A stretch of 64,000 nucleotides of DNA. It comes from Candidatus Latescibacterota bacterium (lineage in GTDB: Bacteria; Latescibacterota; UBA2968; UBA8231). Positions 46,686 through 55,871 of the stretch are shown here, piece after piece. The stretch is from assembly GCA_965197905.1 (NCBI GenBank), contig CBDAOB010000003.1, positions 768,001-832,000 of the forward strand. Reading direction: 5' to 3'. Made by a program: the position numbers and the translations under genes. Within the stretch, counting starts at the first letter, position 1. Every line of letters begins with the position of its first letter. Under the pieces are notes generated by a model that had not been told where the DNA came from, made no database searches, and saw only the letters and a program-made list of their open reading frames with translations.

Positions 46686-47458
46686 CACTCAGCGACCAGG
46701 TTGCGGTAGTGACCGGCGGCGGGCGCGGCTTGGGCAAGCGCATTGCGATACGGCTGTCGCAGAAGGGAGCCGCCGTAGTGCTGGCGGCGCCCGAAGAGAA
46801 CGAACTGGAAGAGAGCGCCCGGGAGATCCGCGGTGACGGTGGTCGGGCGCTTCCGGTTCAGATGGACATCACACAGGAGGATCAGGTGTCGCAGATGGTC
46901 GCTCGGGCACAGGGCGAGCTCGGTCGCATCGACATTCTGGTCAACAATGCCGGCATCGCGGGCCCGACGGCGCCCATCCATGATATAGACCGAGCCGACT
47001 GGGACGAAACGCTGGCGGTCAATCTCACCGGCGCGTACCTGTGCTCGAAGGCGGTGCTGCCGGAGATGATGGCCCGGCGGTCCGGCAAAATCGTCAACAT
47101 CTCGTCCATCGCCGGCAAGATCGGCTACAAGTTCCGCAGCCCCTACGCCGTCTCCAAGTGGGGCGTGATCGGCCTGACGCTGACGGTGGCCAGCGAAGTC
47201 GGCGAGCACAACATCCAGGTCAATGCCATCTGCCCCGGTCCGGTTGAAGGCGAGCGTACCCAGTCGGTTTTCGAACACCGGGCCCACGCACTGGGCCAGA
47301 CGTTCGATGAGGTCCAACAGAATTACCTGGATCAGATGGCACTCAAGCGACTGGTCCGGCCCGACGACGTGGCCGCCATGGTCGCGTTTCTCGCGTCATC
47401 CGAAGCCGACAACATCACCGGCCAGGCGATCGAGGTATCGGCTGGATGGGGACTGTAG
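46682..47458 (+). CDS. SDR family oxidoreductase
   Basis: TGGGRGLG, NNAG, YAVSK, VNAICPG. Confidence 0.92.
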   Translation: MTLSDQVAVVTGGGRGLGKRIAIRLSQKGAAVVLAAPEENELEESAREIRGDGGRALPVQMDITQEDQVSQMVARAQGELGRIDILVNNAGIAGPTAPIHDIDRADWDETLAVNLTGAYLCSKAVLPEMMARRSGKIVNISSIAGKIGYKFRSPYAVSKWGVIGLTLTVASEVGEHNIQVNAICPGPVEGERTQSVFEHRAHALGQTFDEVQQNYLDQMALKRLVRPDDVAAMVAFLASSEADNITGQAIEVSAGWGL

Positions 47459-47519
47459 GCTGCCATGGTCGGTCGCGGCCATCGAACGCATAACATCAGA
47501 AAGAGGTAGCAGGTATCCA

Positions 47520-47906
47520 ATGTCACTTTCGGAACGTCAAGAACGCGGCCTGAAACTGCTGCAGGAAATGCTCGGTGCGGAACAGGCCGAGAAGACACTT
47601 CAGCACTGGCAGGAGATCTGTCCGGATTTCGAAGGGTACGTCACCGAGTTCCTCTCGGGGGAGATCTGGAGTCGTCCCGGACTGGACCGCCGCACGAAGA
47701 GTCTGGTCACGATCGCCGCGACGGCAGCCCTAGGCCGCACGCGTGCCCTGGAACTGAACATTCGGATGGCGGAGAACAACGGAGCGACGCGCGAGGAGGT
47801 GGTGGAGACGCTGCTGCACCTCGCCCCGTACGCCGGTTTTCCCGCCTGCTGGGAGGGGCTGGCGGTGGCGGATCAGGTGTTTGGTGGTGGCGGTGGGGAA
47901 GAGTGA
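47520..47906 (+). CDS. Carboxymuconolactone decarboxylase family protein
   Basis: GEIWSRPGLDRRTKSLVTIA, YAGFPA. Confidence 0.88.
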   Translation: MSLSERQERGLKLLQEMLGAEQAEKTLQHWQEICPDFEGYVTEFLSGEIWSRPGLDRRTKSLVTIAATAALGRTRALELNIRMAENNGATREEVVETLLHLAPYAGFPACWEGLAVADQVFGGGGGEE

Positions 47907-48038
47907 GGGTGGCTCGACAGTTAAGGGCCCGAATCGTGAGCTGAATGGCCTTCATTATCTTGACGTCCGTGCTCATCCTCGGGCGAGCCCCTGGCGTCGT
48001 TTCTGATTGCGGGACTTTCGGGGTTTACTAAGTAGAAA

Positions 48039-48761
48039 TTGGGTCCCGAAATCTCAGGGCAGGTGGTCAAAGCTGAATGGTGGACTTCCGCCTTACATAC
48101 TTCGGGCTCGAGCAAGGCATTTCTAAGGAGTTCATCGATCGAGTTCCCGACACCGGACCGAACCGTCGATCCGCACACTCTGTCCAACGACCGTTTCGGC
48201 TATTCTTGCTACGCCGTGATAGTCTATGCTACTCCGGTACAACAAGCCTCAGTTCAACAGATCCGCGACGCGGTACGGGTACGCCGTTCAATGCTCGCTG
48301 CTCACGTGATCGTGAAAGGTCCCGTGTGCGAAATACTTTCGATTGAGGATCTTCAACGAGTGATCGGATCAGTCGCTGAAGCCAGCTGGCCATTCGCGGT
48401 AGAATTCGAAGGCTCACCGACCGCCCGGAAGTTTCCGAATGGAGAAATGACAGCCCTTCAGTCGATACGCGTAACAGATCATCTCGTAGACATCCATCAC
48501 AGACTGTTGAGAGCGATCGACCCCATCTCCACGAACGCCGACTCATTGGACGCCAGGGGCGAATACCGCCCACATCTTACCATTTATCGCGATCCCGAAC
48601 CTGGTCTCGAAGATCAGGGCGCGGAGTTGTTGGAACGGATGGACATCGGTTCGAATTTCACGGCTGACAGCCTGCACTTGATCGCACACAGAGGCACGCC
48701 GGGCCGCGGGAAGTGGGAAGACCTGTCGGTGCACCCGCTCACCGGCGATGATCAAACCTAA
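48039..48761 (+). CDS. 2H phosphoesterase / 2'-5' RNA ligase family protein (possibly frameshifted at the 5' end)
   Basis: AHVIVKGP and YRPHLTI motifs. ATG 48077 in another frame (MVDFRLTYFG...) may be the true N-terminus. Confidence 0.6.
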   Translation: MGPEISGQVVKAEWWTSALHTSGSSKAFLRSSSIEFPTPDRTVDPHTLSNDRFGYSCYAVIVYATPVQQASVQQIRDAVRVRRSMLAAHVIVKGPVCEILSIEDLQRVIGSVAEASWPFAVEFEGSPTARKFPNGEMTALQSIRVTDHLVDIHHRLLRAIDPISTNADSLDARGEYRPHLTIYRDPEPGLEDQGAELLERMDIGSNFTADSLHLIAHRGTPGRGKWEDLSVHPLTGDDQT

Positions 48762-48892
48762 GGGAGTCAGAATTCCGGTCCTGATTCGCACCGCTTGGTT
48801 GAGCTGGTGCGGCGCAGATCTTGGGCCGTGTGCTGGCGTCGTTTCTGATAGCGGGACTGTCGGGATTCACGAAATAAGATTAGAGAGACGCC

Positions 48893-49010
48893 ATGAAGCT
48901 GCTCTTCGACGACGACGCCATCGACCGGACCGCCGGCGTCCGCAGGGTGCTCGGCTCCCCGAAGAAGGAGCCGGACCCGATTCTGGAACCGCAGATGCCG
49001 TGGGAGACCG
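48893..49010 (+). pseudogene. 5' fragment of a beta-propeller hydrolase gene
   Basis: MKLLFDDDAIDRTAGVRRVLGSPKKEPDPILEPQMPWET parallels the N-termini of the intact paralogs at 53540-55045 and 57661-59133 (QLFVDD..RPTK..NPIL..PWE). Similarity ends at about 49010. Confidence 0.65.
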
Positions 49011-49235
49011 CCAAAATTGAGAATCGCCACCTCAAGGTTGGCCTTCAATTCGCCTGTGGGAAGTGTCAACAAGTGTACGAGGTAACAGGAACGAACTGGG
49101 AATGTATTCCCATTGATGGTCCTGATCATCCCAGTAGATAAACAGTAACGGGCTTGAATCGCTGGTTACCGAAGGTCGGGGTATATCTCGGTCGCATAAT
49201 GCAGATCTTTGTATCGCGGGGTCTGCACGCGAAAC

Positions 49236-49460
49236 TTAAGGTCCAGGGCGCTGAAGATCGAACGCCTTTAACGCCTTCTTTACTGACTCCGCATTGACCT
49301 GGGCGTACAGCCTGCGTCGTGCGTAGTGACTTGTGACCCATCAGGTCCCGCAGGATCATAGTAACCATCTGGCCCGCACTCTCTGAACCGAAAGTGTGCC
49401 TAAGCTGGTGAATCGTGAGCGGCTGATCGTTTTTCTCGAGCCCATCGGCAAGCCGGAACT
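49236..49460 (-). pseudogene. Tyrosine recombinase C-terminal remnant
   Basis: HQLRHTFGS..LMGHKSLRTTQ, then an extra base before LYAQV (catalytic Tyr). N-terminal domains are absent. Confidence 0.8.
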
Positions 49461-49608
49461 GGTCAAGTGTGTTGGTTTGGTATCCTTTTGGCAGGTTAAT
49501 TTTCTTTACGCTACCGTAGCCTACCTCAACAGCGATTTCCGACAGCAAGCACAGAATCATCGCCTCGTGTTGTACCTCGGAGAGGAAGTCGCTCCGTTGG
49601 GCCCAAAT

Positions 49609-50724
49609 CTACGCCGTAGCCCTCGGGGCGTTGTGGCAATGGTGGCCCGCGTCTGACCGCAGGAAAGGCTCACACATCTCCTTCGGCAGTTCAGGCGCGC
49701 CCGGCAGGTAGAAGAGGTCGGCGAGGTAACGACCGTATTTGTCGCGTACGCTGGTGCAGACCACCATGAACGGTACCTGGCTCAAGGCTTCGCGCACGAA
49801 GTCGCGTGCCTGCTGGCCGGCACCGGAGTAGAGCTCGGGGGTGTCGATGCCGCGCAGGCGCAGACGTTCAGTGCGCCAGATGCGAAATCCGAGGTCGAGA
49901 CGGACGAGAAGGGTGTCGCCGTCGACGACGCGCTGGCACACTGCTTTGACGGTGTAGAGCTTGCGACCGCGGTGCCGATTGACGGCGAAGCGATAGGCGG
50001 GCGCGCTACCGCGCCGGTGTTTCTCGGCGGTGACGATCATGCCGGGTCTGGGATCGCCGATGCCGTCGACGGGTCCGCTCCAACTAGTGTTGAAGCCGAG
50101 ATCGACGACGAGGCCATCGGCCGTGTTCTGTTCGGGCATCGAGCGAATGAGGCGGTAGGTGTAGAGCTTGCCTTTGCGCGGTGTAGGGGAAGTGCTGTCA
50201 GTTTGGTCCAGCGGCCGGTAGGCGGCGGAGCCGATTTGGCGAGCGTCTGCGAAGAGATCGCTCTTTATCTGGTCTTTGAGCTGACGCACCGACCAGGACT
50301 CGTGGCTGGCGGCGCGCTCATAAAACTCACGCTGCTGTTGGGTCTCGAGCGGGATGATCTGGACATAATGGGACCAGGTCAAATGTGCAAACGTTTGCAC
50401 ATTTGGCATGCCGCGACGGAAGCGCAGCATGAGGTAAACCAATGTTTTGGCTAAGTTTAAGTCATCGGAGAGGCGGTCGAAGAAGGCTTCGCCGTAGGTG
50501 GTTTTGCCCTCGCTGGCGCGAAGATGCTCGTGAATGGCGTCGCCGATCTCCCAGTAGGTGCGGGCCAGGCGCCGGCCTCGGGTCTGGGTGCCGAGGTCCT
50601 TGCCGACGGCGAGGATGTCGTCGATGCCCTCGAGGAGGGCGCTGTAGGAATCGAAGAGCACGGCCTGATGGCTGGAGTTGGATGGGTCGCGCGGAACAAC
50701 GACAGGCGGGGAGCTGCGTCCCAC
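49609..50724 (-). CDS. DUF1016 N-terminal domain fused to a thermonuclease (SNase) domain, C-terminus probably truncated
   Basis: TYWEIG..YGE..LSDDL..LTWSHY..REFYE..WSVRQL (DUF1016_N); RVVDGDTL..RLRGIDTPE..DKYGRYLA (SNase). Confidence 0.8.
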   Translation of the reverse strand: MGRSSPPVVVPRDPSNSSHQAVLFDSYSALLEGIDDILAVGKDLGTQTRGRRLARTYWEIGDAIHEHLRASEGKTTYGEAFFDRLSDDLNLAKTLVYLMLRFRRGMPNVQTFAHLTWSHYVQIIPLETQQQREFYERAASHESWSVRQLKDQIKSDLFADARQIGSAAYRPLDQTDSTSPTPRKGKLYTYRLIRSMPEQNTADGLVVDLGFNTSWSGPVDGIGDPRPGMIVTAEKHRRGSAPAYRFAVNRHRGRKLYTVKAVCQRVVDGDTLLVRLDLGFRIWRTERLRLRGIDTPELYSGAGQQARDFVREALSQVPFMVVCTSVRDKYGRYLADLFYLPGAPELPKEMCEPFLRSDAGHHCHNAPRATA

Positions 50725-50750
50725 CGGTCTACATTATATGTATAGTCAAC

Positions 50751-51722
50751 TCAGGCAGGGTCCGGCGCGAGAATGGTCGGCGAACCCGCGTAATAGTTCA
50801 CCACATTGTCGATAGAGATGTCGTAGAGCCGGTCGGTGGCTTCCGGCGTGTTCCAAGCCACATGCGGGGTCAACACCACGTTATCCAGCTGCAGCAAAGG
50901 ATGGTCGGTGGGCGACGGCTCCTCCGGCAGGACATCCAAACCGGCTGCCGCCACATGCCCCGATTGCAGCAGTTCGGCCAGCGCCTCACCATCGATCAGA
51001 CCGCCTCTGGCACTGTTTACCACCAGTACCCCTTTCTTGGTTCGCGCCAGCTCCTCACGTCCCAAAAAACCCTCCGTTTCTGGTTTGTGTGCCAGATGCA
51101 TCGACAACACGTCGCTCTCCTCCAGAATCTCGTCCAGCGATACGAGCTCGAAGCCGGCTTCTTCGGCGCGCTCGGGGCTGGGATGAGGCGTCCAGGCGCG
51201 CACCTCCATGCCCAATCCCTGGGCCAGTCTGCCGAAGAGGACCGCGATCGTGCCGCATCCCAACAAACCCAATTTCTTCCGGTGCAGCTCGATGGCCGGC
51301 AAGGCGTGGTTCCAGTGTCCGTTGCGCACATCCCGGTCCAGGCGGGGAAGGTGACGGGCCGCACCCAGCATCAACGCGATAGCGTGTTCGGCGACGGTGG
51401 TCTCGGCCGCACCCGGGGCTATGCAAACAGTGATTCCTAGTTCCTTGGCCACGGCGAGATCTATGTAGGTGGACGCGCCCCGGCCGGTAAACGAGATCAC
51501 CTCCAGGTCCTTCGCCTGCCGCATCACATCGGCGGGGAACACGCACGGCCCGCCGATCATCATGGCGTGCGCTCCAAGCACCCGTTTCAGATATTCCTCG
51601 TCGCTCTCGGGATCGCCGTAGTGGATCGTGAACTCACCGAGGTCCTCGAGGCGCTGCCGCCGTGGGCCGACGAGGACCACGTCTACCTCGGGGCCGGCAT
51701 CCGCGAAAATCAGCTTTCTCAT
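50751..51722 (-). CDS. D-isomer-specific 2-hydroxyacid dehydrogenase
   Basis: VAEHAIAL, GLLGCGTIA, VNSARGGLID, AGLDV..EP, LTPHVA. Confidence 0.92.
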   Translation of the reverse strand: MRKLIFADAGPEVDVVLVGPRRQRLEDLGEFTIHYGDPESDEEYLKRVLGAHAMMIGGPCVFPADVMRQAKDLEVISFTGRGASTYIDLAVAKELGITVCIAPGAAETTVAEHAIALMLGAARHLPRLDRDVRNGHWNHALPAIELHRKKLGLLGCGTIAVLFGRLAQGLGMEVRAWTPHPSPERAEEAGFELVSLDEILEESDVLSMHLAHKPETEGFLGREELARTKKGVLVVNSARGGLIDGEALAELLQSGHVAAAGLDVLPEEPSPTDHPLLQLDNVVLTPHVAWNTPEATDRLYDISIDNVVNYYAGSPTILAPDPA

Positions 51723-51894
51723 TTGAATTCCATTCCGTTTGGGAGCGCTCCCTTCGTGCAAGGGTCCGCGCCATTGCGTGGCATGGTCGGTCTCGCTCTA
51801 CGAGGCCGACCGCAGGGGGACGCCCGGTGTCGTTATTTCGGCCCCGGTTGCGCCTGACGCCGCCAGGTGCCGCTCGTCTGGTGCGATCAAGCCT

Positions 51895-52656
51895 TCAGGC
51901 GCCAACCGATTCGCCGAGGACCAGATCGTGAACAATGATCTCTTCGCGTCCCTCGCGATTCGCCTTCGCCAGCACCCTTCCCTCGCGATCGTAGATGACG
52001 CTGCCGCCGCTGGTGCTTACGGTCCAGGACATGCCGACGCGGTTAGCGGCCAGCATTGGAGCACCCAGGTCCCTGACCAGCTCCCCAAACTCGTCGAACT
52101 CGGGCATCGCGCGGCGATTGTTCGGGTAGAATACAACCTCAGGGCGCAGGTCCCGGATTCGCTGAAGGCAGCGGGGTGAGTCGCCGTCCGAACAAATGTA
52201 GCAGGTTGCCTGAACGCCATCTATTTCAAAAAGCGCGGGCCCGGTACCAGGATCGTAACGTGCCCATTCGTTGCGGAAACCGCGATCCCTGAGTTCCGGC
52301 CAGATCCAGGTCTTGCGGTAACAGTAGATCAACCCCTTCGGTCCGACGAAAACCTGGGACATGTAATAACGATCCCCATCGACCTCGGACAGGCCGAAGG
52401 CGATGACGCAGTCGAGCTCTCGCGCCAGCTCGATAAAGACGGTTGTGGATTCGCCGTCTGGAACCGATTCCGCGAACCGATCGGTATGCTCCGAATAATC
52501 GCAGAGGGCGCCCTCGTGAAACAGGATCCATCGTGCTCCGCTGGTGCGCGCCCGGCGGGCAAGCTGGACCATGCGGTCGCGGTTTCCGACTACGTCCTCC
52601 GGCTTTGCATCGAATTGCACTACGGCTACGCGGATGGTTGGCATCGCTCCACTCAA
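51895..52656 (-). CDS. Carbon-nitrogen hydrolase (nitrilase superfamily)
   Basis: Catalytic E-K-C in LFHEG, YRKT, YICSD; ANRVG. Confidence 0.85.
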   Translation of the reverse strand: MSGAMPTIRVAVVQFDAKPEDVVGNRDRMVQLARRARTSGARWILFHEGALCDYSEHTDRFAESVPDGESTTVFIELARELDCVIAFGLSEVDGDRYYMSQVFVGPKGLIYCYRKTWIWPELRDRGFRNEWARYDPGTGPALFEIDGVQATCYICSDGDSPRCLQRIRDLRPEVVFYPNNRRAMPEFDEFGELVRDLGAPMLAANRVGMSWTVSTSGGSVIYDREGRVLAKANREGREEIIVHDLVLGESVGA

Positions 52657-52760
52657 TTCTAGGCACTCGACAAATGGAACGGCGCAGACGGCGGGATGTC
52701 AACGGCCCGCGCTACCGTCGGAGGTTTGGAAGGAGCCGTCGGTGCGCCGGCGGCCTCCGA

Positions 52761-53525
52761 TCAGGCGCAGTCGGCGTACTCGCGACCGCGCAGCAGCGGA
52801 TAGTGCGGCTTTTCGGCGGGATTCCCTACCCACTGAGAACGGGAGCTCATGTAATGGGTTGCCAGACCCCGACGATGTTGGTTGGTATTGTTGGGACCGG
52901 AGCGGTGGAGCAGAACACTGTGGTGGAAGGAGCAGCTCCCCGCCTTCATGGTGATCGGCACCTCGCGATTTCGGTCCAGCTTGTTGTCGGGCACCATCAT
53001 GTCCTTGCGGTCCCCGATAATCCACTCCTGGCTGTGATCGACGATGCCGTGCTTGTGGCTACCGGGAATGACCCAAAGGCAGCCGTTCTCTTTGGTGACG
53101 TCGTCCAGCGCGACCCAGCAGGTGATGATCGCCTTGGGCTCGATGGCGAAATAGGCCGAATCCTGGTGGTAGGTCTTCTCGGTGCCGCCGGGCGGTTTGA
53201 TGAACGCCTGATCACCGAACAGCTTGATGTCCGAGCCCAGCAAGGATTCGATAGCGTCGAGTATTGCCGGTTTGGAGGCGTGATCGACGAAAAACGGATC
53301 GTGATCGGCACAGCTGTTGATCTTGCGCAGGGTCATCATGCCGCGATTTTCCGTCGGGGTTCCCGGCTCCCACTCAAGCGATTCCTGCGGAAACGGCAAG
53401 CGCCCGTCGGCGATCTGCTTGGTGTGCTCTTTGAGCTCCTCCACCTGGGATGGGCTCAAGAGGTTCTCAACAACGAGGAAGCCTTGCTCTTCAAATTGGT
53501 CGACCTGCGATTGGGTAAGACTCAT
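52761..53525 (-). CDS. PhyH family dioxygenase
   Basis: YHQDSAYF, ENGCLWVIPGSH, HRSGPN..RR. Confidence 0.92.
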   Translation of the reverse strand: MSLTQSQVDQFEEQGFLVVENLLSPSQVEELKEHTKQIADGRLPFPQESLEWEPGTPTENRGMMTLRKINSCADHDPFFVDHASKPAILDAIESLLGSDIKLFGDQAFIKPPGGTEKTYHQDSAYFAIEPKAIITCWVALDDVTKENGCLWVIPGSHKHGIVDHSQEWIIGDRKDMMVPDNKLDRNREVPITMKAGSCSFHHSVLLHRSGPNNTNQHRRGLATHYMSSRSQWVGNPAEKPHYPLLRGREYADCA

Positions 53526-53539
53526 TGGATCATTCTCTC

Positions 53540-55045
53540 CTATTCCAACCAGAACGAATAAAGCCGCGCCTGCCTCAAAATAAACCGGATCTGCACCGGC
53601 TTGTCAGCGGGCGGTTTGGCATTCTCTTTCCAGGCCAAACGGTGGCGCAGGTGATCTCCGCTCATCGGATCGGTCTCGCCCCGGTGGGCCACGAAGCCGC
53701 GAATCGCCCCGAAGGTATCGGGTCCCACCGAGCCCTGGGGGTCGTCGGGCAGTCTCTCCGGATCCATGATCTCGGCATGGATCTCCCCCCAGCGCGCGTC
53801 GGCGTTGACGAACAGCTCTTCGCCGCGCCAGATGAACGGCTCGGTGATGATCCACCCGACCTTCTCCGCATCCATGGAGACGAACCGGTCCCGCGGCAGT
53901 TTGGCCAGCAATAGGGCGCTGGCATCGTCGAACATCGCCGGATCCACGTTCAGCCGGAAGAGCTCGCGGTTGCCGTCGTGTTTTTCATACATCTCGCGGC
54001 TCCCGGGCAGTCGAGAACCACAGTAATAGACCCAGATCTCGTCTTCGCGCACCACGGGCCGTCCGCAGGCGTAGACCTGATTGGTGTCGTAACTCGTCCC
54101 GTCCCAGGGCTGCACCGGCAGGAAAAGGGCGCGATCTGCTACCCGATGCCAGTTCTTCAGGTCGCGGGAGACAGCAAGCTCGGTCTGGTTGATGCGGGTG
54201 AAGTTCATGTGCGGAGGTGGAACGGCGCCGAAGGGATTGAAGATCAAGGGCAGACCGATGTAGATGCCTTCGTAGGGTAAGATCGGCATCATGTAGAGCT
54301 CGGCGATGTAATCCTCGTCATCGATGACCGCCGGTGTGATGTACGCCGGATTCTCGATGATTTTCCGCACTCGCTGGCGTCGGTTTTCCCAGTCGATCTC
54401 GTCGGTGGTGAGGATGAGCTCCGGTTTGCTGAACTGCCCGAACTTCTCGCAGGTGCTCAGCCAAACAGAGCGACCCCACCTCGTGCCCTGCTTCACCGTG
54501 GCCACGAACTGGCCGCTGCTCTCGTCGTAAATAAGGTGAGAGGTGTCGGCGCTGGGGATCGGCGGCACGTCCAGCATGGTCCAGTTGAAGCCATCCGGCG
54601 ACACCGCCGGTTGGCGCGGGCCGCCGCTGAACAGCGCCTTGTAGCGCCACTCCGGATTCTGCTCACGCTCATCGCGGAGGACGTGGTACAGCGTCTCGCC
54701 GTCCGGGGGCGCGGTCACGTTGTTCTTCTTGCCGCCCTGCCATTCGTAGACGCCAACAGACGGGGCGTCCCAGTGCACACCGTCTTCCGAAGTAATACGT
54801 CGGCAAACGGACCCATCCGGTCCATTGGACCAATACCACCATTCCCAAAGGTTCTTTCCCGAGTTCCACTGGGGGGCGGTAAAGCTTGCCGCGCTGGTCT
54901 CGCCGAGGCCGGGATCGGCTCGAACCACGGGTCCGCAGCGCTCGGGTTGATGCAGCGTGCGCTGGATGCCGTGGGTCCTCCATACGCCATGGTCGTCGAG
55001 GAAGAGTTGGCGGTGTTTTTTGGGATCGATCAGTTGGTCAGCCAT
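53540..55045 (-). CDS. Five-bladed beta-propeller glycoside-hydrolase-like protein
   Basis: QLFLDD, SEDGVHW, SPDGFNW, SRDLKNW repeats, EIWVYY, DRFVS, ARLYSF. ATG 55045 overlaps the upstream stop. Confidence 0.7.
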   Translation of the reverse strand: MADQLIDPKKHRQLFLDDHGVWRTHGIQRTLHQPERCGPVVRADPGLGETSAASFTAPQWNSGKNLWEWWYWSNGPDGSVCRRITSEDGVHWDAPSVGVYEWQGGKKNNVTAPPDGETLYHVLRDEREQNPEWRYKALFSGGPRQPAVSPDGFNWTMLDVPPIPSADTSHLIYDESSGQFVATVKQGTRWGRSVWLSTCEKFGQFSKPELILTTDEIDWENRRQRVRKIIENPAYITPAVIDDEDYIAELYMMPILPYEGIYIGLPLIFNPFGAVPPPHMNFTRINQTELAVSRDLKNWHRVADRALFLPVQPWDGTSYDTNQVYACGRPVVREDEIWVYYCGSRLPGSREMYEKHDGNRELFRLNVDPAMFDDASALLLAKLPRDRFVSMDAEKVGWIITEPFIWRGEELFVNADARWGEIHAEIMDPERLPDDPQGSVGPDTFGAIRGFVAHRGETDPMSGDHLRHRLAWKENAKPPADKPVQIRFILRQARLYSFWLE

Positions 55046-55863
55046 CAAGCGCTCAGCACCCTTTCCACCTGGGCGTCCCAGGTTCCTTCCACGCACTCGC
55101 CGTATTCCCGCTTCCCGCCGGTGGTTTCCGCACCGGTGAGGTGGACCGCTTTCCAGTGGTCCTTCGGGGGGACGTAGTCGGCGCGCAGGAAGTGCAGTGC
55201 TAAGCCGGCGCGGTCGGCTTCGGTGTTGTTCGCTTTGGTGCAATGGGCTGTGCCGAAATTGAAGAAAACTGCACCGCCGGCTTTGAGCACGATCGGTACC
55301 GCACGCTCCTCGGGCACCTGACAGGTGATGTGATGATCACTGCCCATGTCGCGGCCGTGCGCAAAAGACTCGCGGTAACTTCCGGGGACCACATGCAGCG
55401 TGCCGTTCTCGAGGGTGGCATCGTGTAAGGCAACCCACATGGCGGTGCCCTTGGACGGGTCGCTCACCTTGAAGTAGGCGTTGTCCTGATGCCAGCTGGT
55501 GCCACGGCCGGTCCGTGCCGGCTTGAAGAAGATCTGGTCCAGGTAGAAGACAAACGGATCGCCGATCAGTTGACCGACGGCGCTGACTACCTTCGGATGA
55601 AATTGCAGGGACCGGTAGAAATCGCTCTTCGGTGTTATGGGACATATCTGCCAGTTGAACTCGTCATCGGAATGGGATTCGCCGTCTCCTTCGGTCGCCA
55701 CGTTGCGAATCAGCCCTTCTTCGAAGAATCGGGCGAGTTCGGCGCGCATTGCAGCCAGCTCCCGTTCCTCGAAGAGTTTCTCGATGAAGGTGAATCCGTG
55801 CTTGCGAAACTGTTCCACGCGGTCAGTTGGCAAGATTTGGTTATCGACACTCAACGGCTTCAA
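55045..55863 (-). CDS. PhyH family dioxygenase
   Basis: WHQDNAYF, ENGTLHVVPGS, HCTKAN..R. Confidence 0.9.
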   Translation of the reverse strand: MKPLSVDNQILPTDRVEQFRKHGFTFIEKLFEERELAAMRAELARFFEEGLIRNVATEGDGESHSDDEFNWQICPITPKSDFYRSLQFHPKVVSAVGQLIGDPFVFYLDQIFFKPARTGRGTSWHQDNAYFKVSDPSKGTAMWVALHDATLENGTLHVVPGSYRESFAHGRDMGSDHHITCQVPEERAVPIVLKAGGAVFFNFGTAHCTKANNTEADRAGLALHFLRADYVPPKDHWKAVHLTGAETTGGKREYGECVEGTWDAQVERVLSA

Positions 55864-55871
55864 TCCTTGCT

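Noticed and set aside
50728..50750. TTGACT/TATAAT promoter on the minus strand
   Set aside because: The hexamers are only 5 bp apart. The TATAAT alone could still serve the GTG at 50724.
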